Counted from the stretch's first letter, positions 8,534 through 16,614 are shown. The stretch is 32,351 bases of DNA from Deinococcaceae bacterium (GCA_040256005.1 JBDZWC010000019.1:1-32351); one strand, 5' to 3'. The notes: a model not told the origin generated them from the letters alone. Numbers and translations are program-made.

Positions 8534-9286
8534 ATGGACATCTTGATCAGTGGGGGGCCAGTCCTCGCGGCGATCGTGCTGGTCTCTTTCTACGCCGTGT
8601 ACATCTTTTTCTACCGGTTCCTCCGGCTGCGCAACGAGCGCACCGACACCGCCGAGCTGATGATGAAGGTGAACGCGGCGGTGCGGGAGCGTGACCTGGA
8701 GCTGGCGCTGGCGGCGTGCGAGGAGCACGGCGGCCCGGTCGCGCGCGTGCTCGGCGCCGCGTTGATCAAGCTGCCCTACGGCCGGCCGGCTGTCGAGGCC
8801 GCCTTCCAGGAGGCGAGCATCCAGGAGGAGCAGACGCTGGCACGGGGCCTGCGTCCGCTGGCCACGATCGCGCAGGTGGCACCCATGCTGGGCCTGCTCG
8901 GCACCGTCACGGGGATGATCATCGCCTTCGGCCAGATCTCCAGGCTGGGCACCGGCGACCCTTCGGTCGTCGCCAACGGCGTCGGGCAGGCGTTGGTGAC
9001 GACGGCTGCCGGGCTCATCGTCGCGATCCCGGTGATCATGGGGCATTCGTTCCTCTCGAGCCGCGTGGAAGCGATCCTCGTCGACATAGACCGGCGTCGC
9101 GAGGAGCTGATGGGCAACATCGCGCAGGCCGTCGCCAGCCGGCGCGAGGAGTCGCAACGCGAGCGCACCAGCAAGCCGGCCGCACGCGAGCACGACCAGC
9201 AGCCCGCGGTTCGGACGCAGGCGGCGTACCGGGACGATGACGAGACCCCGAGGCGCGTCGCCGCCGACCTGACGCCCAACACCTGA
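8534..9286 (+). CDS. exbB: MotA/TolQ/ExbB proton channel protein
   Basis: Three TM segments; APMLGLLGTVTGMI and GVGQALVTTAAGL motifs; AGGAG RBS at 8523-8527. exbB versus tolQ cannot be resolved by eye. Confidence 0.9.
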   Translation: MDILISGGPVLAAIVLVSFYAVYIFFYRFLRLRNERTDTAELMMKVNAAVRERDLELALAACEEHGGPVARVLGAALIKLPYGRPAVEAAFQEASIQEEQTLARGLRPLATIAQVAPMLGLLGTVTGMIIAFGQISRLGTGDPSVVANGVGQALVTTAAGLIVAIPVIMGHSFLSSRVEAILVDIDRRREELMGNIAQAVASRREESQRERTSKPAAREHDQQPAVRTQAAYRDDDETPRRVAADLTPNT

Positions 9287-9287
9287 C

Positions 9288-9701
9288 ATGACCTCGAGTA
9301 GCCGTCACAGGAGAAGGTCGCTGGGTGGCAACGCGACGATCGACCTGACGCCCATGGTCGACGTCGTCTTCCTGCTGATCATCTTCTTCATGCTCACCAC
9401 GACCTTCATCACCGTCGAGTCGGGCCTGCCGGTCGACCTTCCCGAGGCCCAGACGGCGACGTCCTCGCCCAGCGAGCTGCCCACCGTGACCATCAACGGG
9501 CTCGGCGAGGTGTTCTTCGGCGGGGCTCAGGTCGCCGAGTCGGAGCTCCCGGCGCTGGTGCGCCAAGCGCTCCAGCAGTCCGGTCAGACGGCCGTCGTGC
9601 TGCGGGCCGACAGCTCATCGCAGCACGGGCAGGCCGTGCGCGTGATGGACCTGTTGCGCCAGGCTGGGGCCGAGCGCATAGTCATCGCAACGGGCGGCTG
9701 A
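9288..9701 (+). CDS. exbD: ExbD/TolR family protein
   Basis: IDLTPMVDVVFLLIIFFM with the conserved TM Asp; VDLP, LRAD, VMDLLRQAG. Confidence 0.93.
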   Translation: MTSSSRHRRRSLGGNATIDLTPMVDVVFLLIIFFMLTTTFITVESGLPVDLPEAQTATSSPSELPTVTINGLGEVFFGGAQVAESELPALVRQALQQSGQTAVVLRADSSSQHGQAVRVMDLLRQAGAERIVIATGG

Positions 9702-9709
9702 TCCAGGGG

Positions 9710-11749
9710 ATGGCGGCGTACGGGGTCAAGCGGTTCTACGAGGACAGGGACAAGCGCCGCGCGGCGCTGCTGTCGCTGTTCCTGCACCTGGCGGCGCTGC
9801 TGCTGATCGTCTGGGTGGTATCGCGACCGCAGCCCGAGCCGCTACCCACGTTCATCGTCATAGACGTAGGCACGCCGGCCTTCGCAGACGAGTACACGGA
9901 GGCCGCCACGGCCGAGGCTCCCACGGTGCAGACGCCGGAGCCGCAGGTCGCCTCTACCGAGGCCGGTGACCCTCAGGCCATGAGCGCTCCGCAGGAGCAG
10001 ACGACGGCGGAGCAGGTCCAGACCGTCACCGAGCAGCCGCCTGCGCCGCAGGCTCCGCCCGCGGCCGCGTCCATGCCCGAGGTGGCACCCGTTGAGCCGG
10101 CCCAGGTGACGCCGCCCCCACCGCAGCTGCAGGAGTTGGCAGCCGAGGCACCGGAGCTACCCGTCGCGGAGGCCCCCGCCAGCCAGCTGCCCGAGGTGGA
10201 GCTCGAAGTGCTGCAGAACCGCCAGATCGCGGCGCCCGTGACGATCCCGGAGCCGCAGGTGCAGGCTCAGGTCTCAGAGTCCCGCTCCCTCGCCCTGGCT
10301 CCCGCCGCGAGCGTGGCCCAGGCCCGCGAGCTGACCGCGCCCGACGCCACGGCGAGCGTGGCGCAACCCGTGCAGCTGCAGGCCCCGACGGCCACCGCCC
10401 AGGTCTCGTCCGCCGTGGCCGTCACGAGCCCTCAGGTGAGCGCCTCGGTGGCGCAGGCCGTGCCGCTCGAAGCGCCTCAGATGAGCGCGTCGGTGGCCAA
10501 CTCCGTGAGCCTCTCCACCCAGGGCGTGAGCGCCAGCGTGTCCGGCACGCGGCGCCTGGCACCGCCGGCCGTGAGCGCGGTGGTGGGCGAGTCCGTGGCG
10601 CTCGACGTGACGCCGACCGTTCAGGTGGCGCGTCCGCGCCCGCTGGCCGTACCGCAGTTGAGGGCCGAGGTCACGGGGCCACAGGCGCCCGGTGCGCCCG
10701 ACACGGCCGGTGCCGAGGCCGGGGCGACCGACATCCGGGCGACGGTCGAGTCGCCCAGGGCTCCGGGCGGCAACGCCCTGAACGCGGGGCAGGCCGGACC
10801 CGCCGATCCGGACGCCACGGCGGCGGCCCGCGGGCTGGCCGGGGGCCCGGACGGCGTCGGTGCCGGCGACGGGGCCAGGCAGCCGCCCGCCAGGCCGGCC
10901 ATGAGCCAGCAGCGCGACCGGGCGCTCGCGGTGATCATCGACAACGCGAACGGCTACCCGCAGAGCGGGCTGGCACAAGCCAGCCTCGTCGTCGAGATGC
11001 CCGTCGAGGGCGGCATCACGCGCCTGCTGGCGTTCTTCGACGCCCAGGACCCCCAACGTGTGGGCCCGGTGCGCAGCGCCCGGCCGTACTTCGTCGAGCT
11101 GGCGCAGCGTAGCGAGGCCGTGCTGGTGCACGACGGCGGCTCGCCCGACGCCATGATCGCGATCGCGGGCGCAGAGGTGCCCACGCTGAACGCCTACACC
11201 TCGGGGGAGCTCTTCGCCCGAGCGGGGGAGAGGTCGGCCCCGTACAACCTCTACTCGCTGGGCAGCGACCTGCGGGCGGCCGTCAGGACCATCGTGCCGG
11301 AACGTGTGCGCCTGGTGGCTAACGCCATCTTCAGCCCGGCGCCGGACGCCCGCGCCGTCTCCGAGGTGAGCGTCAGCTACGGCGCGTACACGAGCGGCTT
11401 CAGGTTCAACGAGCTCACGGCGCGCTACCGCTGGGTCCGCGCCGGCGACCCGGCGGTGCAGCCCGACGGCCAGGTCCTCGAGACGCAGGCCGTGCTGGTC
11501 GGGGACATCCAGGCCGTGCCGATCCCGGACGACGACGCGGGCCGGCTCTACATCCCGGTGCGTTCCGGGCCCGCGACCCTGTACCTCAACGGCAAGGCCG
11601 TTGAGGGCACCTGGGACGTCGTGGACGGCTCCGGTATCACGTTCATCTCCGACGGCGGCCAGAGGGTGGACCTGGCCAAGATGCGCACCTGGGTGGTGCT
11701 CAGCCCCAACTACGAGACGCGAACCGAGCGACCAGCGACCGCCGAGTAG
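9710..11749 (+). CDS. TonB/TolA-like membrane-anchored protein with Pro/Ala/repeat linker and C-terminal DUF3048 (YerB-like) domain
   Basis: KRR + TM helix LLSLFLHLAALLLIVW (S22-x3-H26); Pro/Glu/Ala/Gln-rich linker; from about aa 402 LAVIIDN..PQSGL..VEMPVEGGITRLLAFF..VGPVRSARPYF..LVHDGGS..APYNLY, which I recognise as DUF3048. Confidence 0.8.
   Translation: MAAYGVKRFYEDRDKRRAALLSLFLHLAALLLIVWVVSRPQPEPLPTFIVIDVGTPAFADEYTEAATAEAPTVQTPEPQVASTEAGDPQAMSAPQEQTTAEQVQTVTEQPPAPQAPPAAASMPEVAPVEPAQVTPPPPQLQELAAEAPELPVAEAPASQLPEVELEVLQNRQIAAPVTIPEPQVQAQVSESRSLALAPAASVAQARELTAPDATASVAQPVQLQAPTATAQVSSAVAVTSPQVSASVAQAVPLEAPQMSASVANSVSLSTQGVSASVSGTRRLAPPAVSAVVGESVALDVTPTVQVARPRPLAVPQLRAEVTGPQAPGAPDTAGAEAGATDIRATVESPRAPGGNALNAGQAGPADPDATAAARGLAGGPDGVGAGDGARQPPARPAMSQQRDRALAVIIDNANGYPQSGLAQASLVVEMPVEGGITRLLAFFDAQDPQRVGPVRSARPYFVELAQRSEAVLVHDGGSPDAMIAIAGAEVPTLNAYTSGELFARAGERSAPYNLYSLGSDLRAAVRTIVPERVRLVANAIFSPAPDARAVSEVSVSYGAYTSGFRFNELTARYRWVRAGDPAVQPDGQVLETQAVLVGDIQAVPIPDDDAGRLYIPVRSGPATLYLNGKAVEGTWDVVDGSGITFISDGGQRVDLAKMRTWVVLSPNYETRTERPATAE
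10220..10672 (+). repeat. about 10 degenerate 14-15-aa coding repeats (consensus approx. ASVAxxVxLxAPxVS)
   Basis: RQIAAPVTIPEPQVQ / AQVSESRSLALAPA / ASVAQARELTAPDAT / ASVAQPVQLQAPTAT / AQVSSAVAVTSPQVS / ASVAQAVPLEAPQMS / ASVANSVSLSTQGVS / ASVSGTRRLAPPAVS / AVVGESVALDVTPT / VQVARPRPLAVPQLR. Confidence 0.85.
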
Positions 11750-11801
11750 TCCCGTTTCGACTTGACGCCGGGGGCCCCGCGCGCCGCGCCGCGGCGGGGG
11801 C

Positions 11802-11844
11802 TTGACAGCGCGAGCCTCGACCGCTAACTTAACCAACAAGTTAG
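11802..11844 (+). promoter_or_regulatory. promoter and palindromic operator of the ArsR-SRPBCC operon
   Basis: TTGACA (11802-11807), 17 bp, TAACTT (11825-11830); perfect inverted repeat CTAACTT-N7-AAGTTAG (11824-11844) overlapping the -10; AGGAGG RBS follows. Confidence 0.8.
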
Positions 11845-11866
11845 ATAACGAGGAGGTCAAATACAG

Positions 11867-12202
11867 ATGCCCGCCGCCGACCAACTGAGCCGCGCGTTCG
11901 CCGCCCTGGCGGACCCAACGCGGAGAGCCATCCTCACGCGCCTCGCACGCGGAGAGGCCACCGTGAACGAGTTGGCCGAGCCGTTCGAGATAAGCCTTCC
12001 CGCCATCTCCCGCCACCTCAAGGTGCTCGAGCGCGCCGGCCTGATCTCGCGCGGCCGCGTCGCCCAGAGCAGGCCGTGCCGGCTGGAGCGGCAGGCTCTC
12101 GACGAGGTCGGTCACTGGTTGAGAGGCCAGCGCGAAGCCTGGGAGGAGAGCATGGACAGGCTGGACCATCTCCTCAAGACAGCCGGCGACCTCCCCAACT
12201 AG
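11867..12202 (+). CDS. ArsR/SmtB family transcriptional regulator
   Basis: FAALADPTRRAILTRL..TVNELAEPF..SLPAISRHLKVLERAGLI. Confidence 0.95.
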   Translation: MPAADQLSRAFAALADPTRRAILTRLARGEATVNELAEPFEISLPAISRHLKVLERAGLISRGRVAQSRPCRLERQALDEVGHWLRGQREAWEESMDRLDHLLKTAGDLPN

Positions 12203-12243
12203 GCCGCCCGAAGCCCGCCGCGATCCGAAGAAGGGACGAGCAC

Positions 12244-12729
12244 ATGACAGACACAGCCACACCCGCCACCGAGCACGAACTGGTACTGGAGAGGGTGTTC
12301 GACGCCACCCCAGACCGCGTCTTCCGCGCCTGGACCGACCCCGAGATCCTCAAGAAGTGGTTCGCCCCCAAGCCGTACACCACGCCCAGCGCGCGCATGG
12401 ACGTCAGACCCGGCGGCAGCAGCACGATCGTCATGCGCGACCCGGACGGGAACGAGTTCCCCAACACGGGCGTCTACCTGGACGTCGTGCCCGACCGCCG
12501 CATCGTCTCGACCGACGCCTACGTGTCCGCCTGGGTGCCGTCCGAGCGGCCCTTCATGACGATGGACCTCAACTTCGAGGACATCGGCGGCGGCAAGACC
12601 AGGGCCGTGTACCGCATCAAGCACTGGACGAAGGACGCCTACGACCAACACGTGCAGATGGGCTTCTACGAGGGCTGGGGCATCTGCGCCGACCAGCTGG
12701 CGGAGCTCCTGGCGTCGGGCGAAGCCTGA
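12244..12729 (+). CDS. SRPBCC (AHA1/START-like) ligand-binding protein
   Basis: ELVLERVFDA..RVFRAWTDPE..KWFAP..MDVRPGG..GVYLDVVP..MGFYEGW; start ATG 12244. Confidence 0.92.
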   Translation: MTDTATPATEHELVLERVFDATPDRVFRAWTDPEILKKWFAPKPYTTPSARMDVRPGGSSTIVMRDPDGNEFPNTGVYLDVVPDRRIVSTDAYVSAWVPSERPFMTMDLNFEDIGGGKTRAVYRIKHWTKDAYDQHVQMGFYEGWGICADQLAELLASGEA

Positions 12730-12752
12730 GGCAGAACGAACTCGAACGCTTA

Positions 12753-12780
12753 GGACCGCCGCCATGCGCTGCGGCGGTCC
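12753..12780. terminator. stem-loop between convergent genes (probable terminator)
   Basis: Perfect 10-bp stem GGACCGCCGC/GCGGCGGTCC with 8-nt loop; no clear U tract. Confidence 0.55.
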
Positions 12781-12832
12781 CGAGCAGTCTGTGACGTTCC
12801 CTTGCGGTCTGCTGCCGGTAGCCAGAGGGTGA

Positions 12833-13375
12833 CTAGCGCTGCGCGGCCTCCTGGGTGGCCGCCCCGGGCCCATCGGTCATCCAGGCGCCGTCCTCCTCGA
12901 ACAGCTCGCGCAGCCGCTTCTCGTTCTCGGCCGAGAGGTTGGTGCTGATCAGCTCCGGCTCGAGCGGCCGGATGCTCTCGGCGACCCGGTCGGGCGCCTG
13001 GGTGCTCGCCAGCATCACCAGCGCCGAGGTGCCGGGCGTGACCTTCTCACGCATGCTGGCGATGAAGTCATCGTCGATGCCGATGTCGGACAGCGCCCCG
13101 CCGATCGCGCCGGCCGCCGCGCCCACGGCCGCGCCGAGCAAGGGGACGAGCAATATCAGCCCGATGAGCGTGCCCCAGAACGTGCCGCCGAGGGCGCCGG
13201 CGCCCACCAGGTTCAGCGCCTGCCTCACGCGCGGCGCCTGCCTGTCCTCGGGCCAGGAGATCACCGCCGCGTCCATCACGCGTATCAGCTCCCGGGCCTG
13301 CAGACCCCTCAGGGTTTCGAGCGCCTTGGCTGCCCTATCGGGGTCTTCGAACCTCCAAACGGTGAGCGAGGTCAT
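12833..13375 (-). CDS. DUF1269 family membrane protein
   Basis: MTSLTVWRF..DAAVISW..GAGALGGTFWGTLIGLILLVPLLGAAVGAAAGAIGGALSDIGIDDDFI..PGTSAL..TNLS; GGAGGT RBS before ATG 13375. Confidence 0.88.
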   Translation of the reverse strand: MTSLTVWRFEDPDRAAKALETLRGLQARELIRVMDAAVISWPEDRQAPRVRQALNLVGAGALGGTFWGTLIGLILLVPLLGAAVGAAAGAIGGALSDIGIDDDFIASMREKVTPGTSALVMLASTQAPDRVAESIRPLEPELISTNLSAENEKRLRELFEEDGAWMTDGPGAATQEAAQR

Positions 13376-13424
13376 GTGCCACCTCCAACGACGGCGAGGG
13401 TACGCGCACGCCATGAGAGCGCCC

Positions 13425-13460
13425 GGCGACCACTGGAAGGCGACCACTGGAAGGCGACCA
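13425..13460. repeat. 14-bp direct repeat, 2.6 copies (GGCGACCACTGGAA)
   Basis: 13425-13438, 13439-13452 and partial 13453-13460, in the divergent DUF1269/GH19 intergenic region. Confidence 0.9.
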
Positions 13461-13483
13461 AGGGGCGGACTTAGATTGGCGGC

Positions 13484-14287
13484 GTGGACCCGTACCCCTA
13501 CCACGCCGAGCCCGACGCAGACCGCACCGACGACGTGGCCGCCCAGATGGACCGGTTGCACGCAGGTCTGGGCGAGGAGATGGCGCGACGCGGCGGGGTG
13601 CACGAGTCGCTGGTGCCGCCCTCCGAGCCGACAGGTGGGGCCGGGCGCCAGCCGGGCGAGCCGGGCTTCACGATCGACCCTGGCGCGCTTCAGGCCATCG
13701 TACCCAGCGTCGCGGAGACGTTCAGGGCGCCGCTGGAGGAGACGTGTGTCCAGTTCGAGATCACCACACCGCTCAGGCTCGCCCACTTCCTGGCGCAGAC
13801 GGCGCACGAGTCCGCGCGCTACACCGCCCTTGTCGAGAACCTCAACTACGGCGCGCCCGGGTTGCTGGCCACCTGGCCGAGCCGTTTCGACGAGAAGAGC
13901 GCCGCCAACTACGCGCGCCAGCCTGAGCGCATAGCGAACAAGGTCTACGCCGACCGGATGGGCAACGGGCCGGAGAGCTCCGGTGACGGGTGGCGCTTCC
14001 GTGGGCGCGGCATCCTGCAGGTGACGGGACGCGCTAGTTACCGGGCCATCGGCGAGGCGCTGGGCGTGGACCTAGAGGCCGAGCCCGACCAGCTGCAGAC
14101 CCCGCGTCTGGCCGCCCTGGCCGCGGGCTGGTACTGGGGCGCACGCGGCATCAACGCGCTGTGCGACAGGGACGACGCCGTCGCCGTGACGGAGGCCGTC
14201 AACGGTGGCCGCCACGGCCTCCAACAGCGACTGGAACTGCTGAACCAGGTGAAGACGGTGCTGAGCGGCGGCGACGTCGTAGCGTGA
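13484..14287 (+). CDS. glycoside hydrolase family 19 (phage-endolysin-like lysozyme/chitinase)
   Basis: RLAHFLAQTAHES, ENLNY, YADRMGNG..GDGWRFRGRGILQVTGRASY, AAGWYW, VNGG..GLQQR; TAGATT 6 nt upstream of GTG. Confidence 0.92.
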   Translation: MDPYPYHAEPDADRTDDVAAQMDRLHAGLGEEMARRGGVHESLVPPSEPTGGAGRQPGEPGFTIDPGALQAIVPSVAETFRAPLEETCVQFEITTPLRLAHFLAQTAHESARYTALVENLNYGAPGLLATWPSRFDEKSAANYARQPERIANKVYADRMGNGPESSGDGWRFRGRGILQVTGRASYRAIGEALGVDLEAEPDQLQTPRLAALAAGWYWGARGINALCDRDDAVAVTEAVNGGRHGLQQRLELLNQVKTVLSGGDVVA

Positions 14288-14328
14288 CCACCCCCTGCTC
14301 CGCTGCGCCCGGGTACTAGAGTTGGGGC

Positions 14329-14604
14329 ATGTGCAGGAACATACGACCGCTCTTCAACTACGAGCCGCCGGCCACCTCGCGCGAGGTGCGCGACGCAGCG
14401 CTCCAGTACGTCAGGAAGGTGAGCGGGTTCACCGCGCCGTCGCGCGCCAACCAGGAGGCGTTCGACCAGGCCGTCGACGAGGTCGCACGGGCCACCGAGA
14501 AGCTACTGGCCGCGCTGGAGACGACCGCACCACCCAAGGACCGCGAGGTGGAGGCGGCCAAGGCCCGGGCGCGGGCGGCCGTGAGGTTCGGTACGCCTGG
14601 CTAG
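14329..14604 (+). CDS. DUF2277 family protein
   Basis: MCRNIRPLFNYEPPAT..AALQYVRKVSGF..PSRANQEAF..LET..PPKDRE signature. Confidence 0.9.
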   Translation: MCRNIRPLFNYEPPATSREVRDAALQYVRKVSGFTAPSRANQEAFDQAVDEVARATEKLLAALETTAPPKDREVEAAKARARAAVRFGTPG

Positions 14605-15389
14605 ACCGGTTCCTCGCGCGGTATGAGCTCGTCGAAGAACAGGCCCTTGAGCCTGAGCCGGTAGCCCGCTTCCGTGATGTCGGCGTCCAGGTAGACGTAC
14701 TCGTCCTTGTGCCCGTTCGTGTCGAGCAGCAGCGCACGGCCCTGCGACGCGACGTTGACGCCACCCCTCACCGGGGTGTGCCCGTAGATGCCCAGGCGGT
14801 AGTCGGTGCCCTCCAGGTAATCCACGTCCTCCTGGATCCAGCGCCGCCTGTTCTCGAGGTAGAAGCCCTGGTCGAACGAGTTGTGCTCCGGCAGTGGGCC
14901 CACGTGGGCCAGGTGAAGACCCTCGATGACCAGCTCGTACGGCCAGCTCAGGATCCAGTCCTTGAGCTCGGCATCCATGGGGTTGCCGTGCCCCGGCTTC
15001 CACTCCAGGTGGGCGACGTCGTCGGTGCGGAGCGGGCCCTGGTCCTCGGTCACCGCATTGAAGTCGTGGTTGCCCATGAGGATCACCATGCGCTCGTCTG
15101 GCACCCGGTCCTGGAAGCCCTTGACCTCGCGCAGGAAGCGCTCCTGAGCCTGCTCCGCTCGTTCCAGGTGGCGCGGGTTGTACTCGTCGTAGCGCCTCAC
15201 GTTGATGAGGTCGGCGTAGCGCTCGCGGCTCTTGGCGTGGACGAGGTCGCCCAGGAGGACCAGCTTCACGTCGCCCTCCCTCAACTCGTCCGTCGGCTTG
15301 TTGCGCTCGTCCGCCAGACCGGCGTCCCTGAGCATGCGCCAGAGCTTGTCGGGTTGTACGTGGATGTCGCCTACGACAACAAGGCGCAC
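14601..15389 (-). CDS. calcineurin-like metallophosphoesterase
   Basis: VGDIH, LGDLVH, MGNHD, AHVG, YGHT motifs; GAGGA RBS. Confidence 0.88.
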   Translation of the reverse strand: MRLVVVGDIHVQPDKLWRMLRDAGLADERNKPTDELREGDVKLVLLGDLVHAKSRERYADLINVRRYDEYNPRHLERAEQAQERFLREVKGFQDRVPDERMVILMGNHDFNAVTEDQGPLRTDDVAHLEWKPGHGNPMDAELKDWILSWPYELVIEGLHLAHVGPLPEHNSFDQGFYLENRRRWIQEDVDYLEGTDYRLGIYGHTPVRGGVNVASQGRALLLDTNGHKDEYVYLDADITEAGYRLRLKGLFFDELIPREEPV

Positions 15390-15444
15390 TCTAGGTCCTC
15401 ATGTTCTGGAAGTCGGCTCGTGGCCGCTGCCGCCTGATGGAGCT

Positions 15445-16614
15445 TCAGCGTTGCGCCGCCGCCTCCAGCATTGGCAGCGGGTCGACCGAGTCGCCGTCCA
15501 CGCGCACCTCGAAGTGCAGGTGCGAGCCGGTGGAGTTGCCCGTGCTGCCCACCAAGGCGAGGGTGGCGCCGGCCTCGACCCAATCGCCCTCGTTCACGAG
15601 CAGCTCGGAGGCGTGCGCGTAGTAGTACTCGGTGTTGCCGGACTCGACGATCACCACGTTGCCGTAGCCGCCCATCCAGCCGGAGTAGGTGACCGTGCCG
15701 GCGGTGGCCGCGACGATGGGGTCGCCGGTGTTGCCGTCGATGTCCAGGCCACCGTGCCAGTTGGAACCCGAGATGCGGAGCTGGCGGTAGCCGTAGCGCG
15801 AGGTGATCGTGCCCACGAGCGGCCAGCGCATGGCCGTGGGCGCGGCGGTGACGACGGGTGTGACGTTCCCGGTCACGGCGCGCGCCGCAGCGACCTCGCT
15901 GCCAGGCACGATGGTCAGGACCTGACCGGCCAGGATGCGCTCGGTCTTGAGGCCGTTGGCGCTGACGATGGCTGCGACTGTGGTGTTGTGCGTCGAGGCC
16001 AGTTGCCACAGGGTCTCGCCCGGCTGGACCGTCACGGTCTGCGCCACGGCGCCACCGAGGTCACGACCGCCGACCGAGTACTGGCCGGGGATCGTGAGCT
16101 TGTAGCCGGGGTTGAGGACCGTGGCCAGGGTGAGCCCGTTGGCGTCGGCCAGCGCCTGCGCGGTGGTGCCGTACGCGCGGGCGATGGACCAGAGGCTGTC
16201 GCCGCTGACGATCTCGACCATGAGCGGCTCGAGCTCCTTGTCGCCGGCGTCGAGGGCCAGCACCTGGCCGGGATGGATGAGCGTGCCGTCGAGGTCGTTG
16301 AAGGCGATGAGGTCCGACACGCTGACGCCGTTGGCCAGCGCGATGTCATACAGCGTGTCGCCGGCCTGCACGGTGACCGTGCGCGCCGGCTCGGACGCCT
16401 GTTCCTGCCCGCCCGGGATCCGGATGACCTGCCCGGGCCGGATCTGGTCGCCGCTCAGCCCGTTGAGCTGCATGAGCGTGGCGACGTCCGTACCGGCACG
16501 CTTGGCGATGCTCCAGAGCGTGTCGCGGGGTTGAACCGTCACCGATTGTGCGGAGGCGACCGAGGCCGCCAGCAGGCATAAGGAGAGAGTGAGTGCACAA
16601 CGCCTGGCTGACAT
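15445..16614 (-). CDS. secreted 4xLysM + M23 peptidoglycan endopeptidase
   Basis: Signal peptide ending ASA; four LysM repeats (VQPRDTLWSIA, VQAGDTLYDIA, IVSGDSLWSIA, VQPGETLWQLA); M23 HGGLD and HLHFE zinc motifs. Confidence 0.95.
   Translation of the reverse strand: MSARRCALTLSLCLLAASVASAQSVTVQPRDTLWSIAKRAGTDVATLMQLNGLSGDQIRPGQVIRIPGGQEQASEPARTVTVQAGDTLYDIALANGVSVSDLIAFNDLDGTLIHPGQVLALDAGDKELEPLMVEIVSGDSLWSIARAYGTTAQALADANGLTLATVLNPGYKLTIPGQYSVGGRDLGGAVAQTVTVQPGETLWQLASTHNTTVAAIVSANGLKTERILAGQVLTIVPGSEVAAARAVTGNVTPVVTAAPTAMRWPLVGTITSRYGYRQLRISGSNWHGGLDIDGNTGDPIVAATAGTVTYSGWMGGYGNVVIVESGNTEYYYAHASELLVNEGDWVEAGATLALVGSTGNSTGSHLHFEVRVDGDSVDPLPMLEAAAQR

Noticed and set aside
8534..9701. Zorya (ZorAB) defence system or flagellar MotAB stator
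   Set aside because: Second gene is ExbD-type with no OmpA-like peptidoglycan-binding domain; no long ZorA tail or zorC/D/E
10274..12262. 662-aa minus-strand ORF
   Set aside because: Antisense shadow of the DUF3048 fusion and the ArsR gene
12833..14604. Prophage remnant or holin-endolysin cassette
   Set aside because: DUF1269 is divergent and a widespread chromosomal family; no structural, integrase or spanin genes
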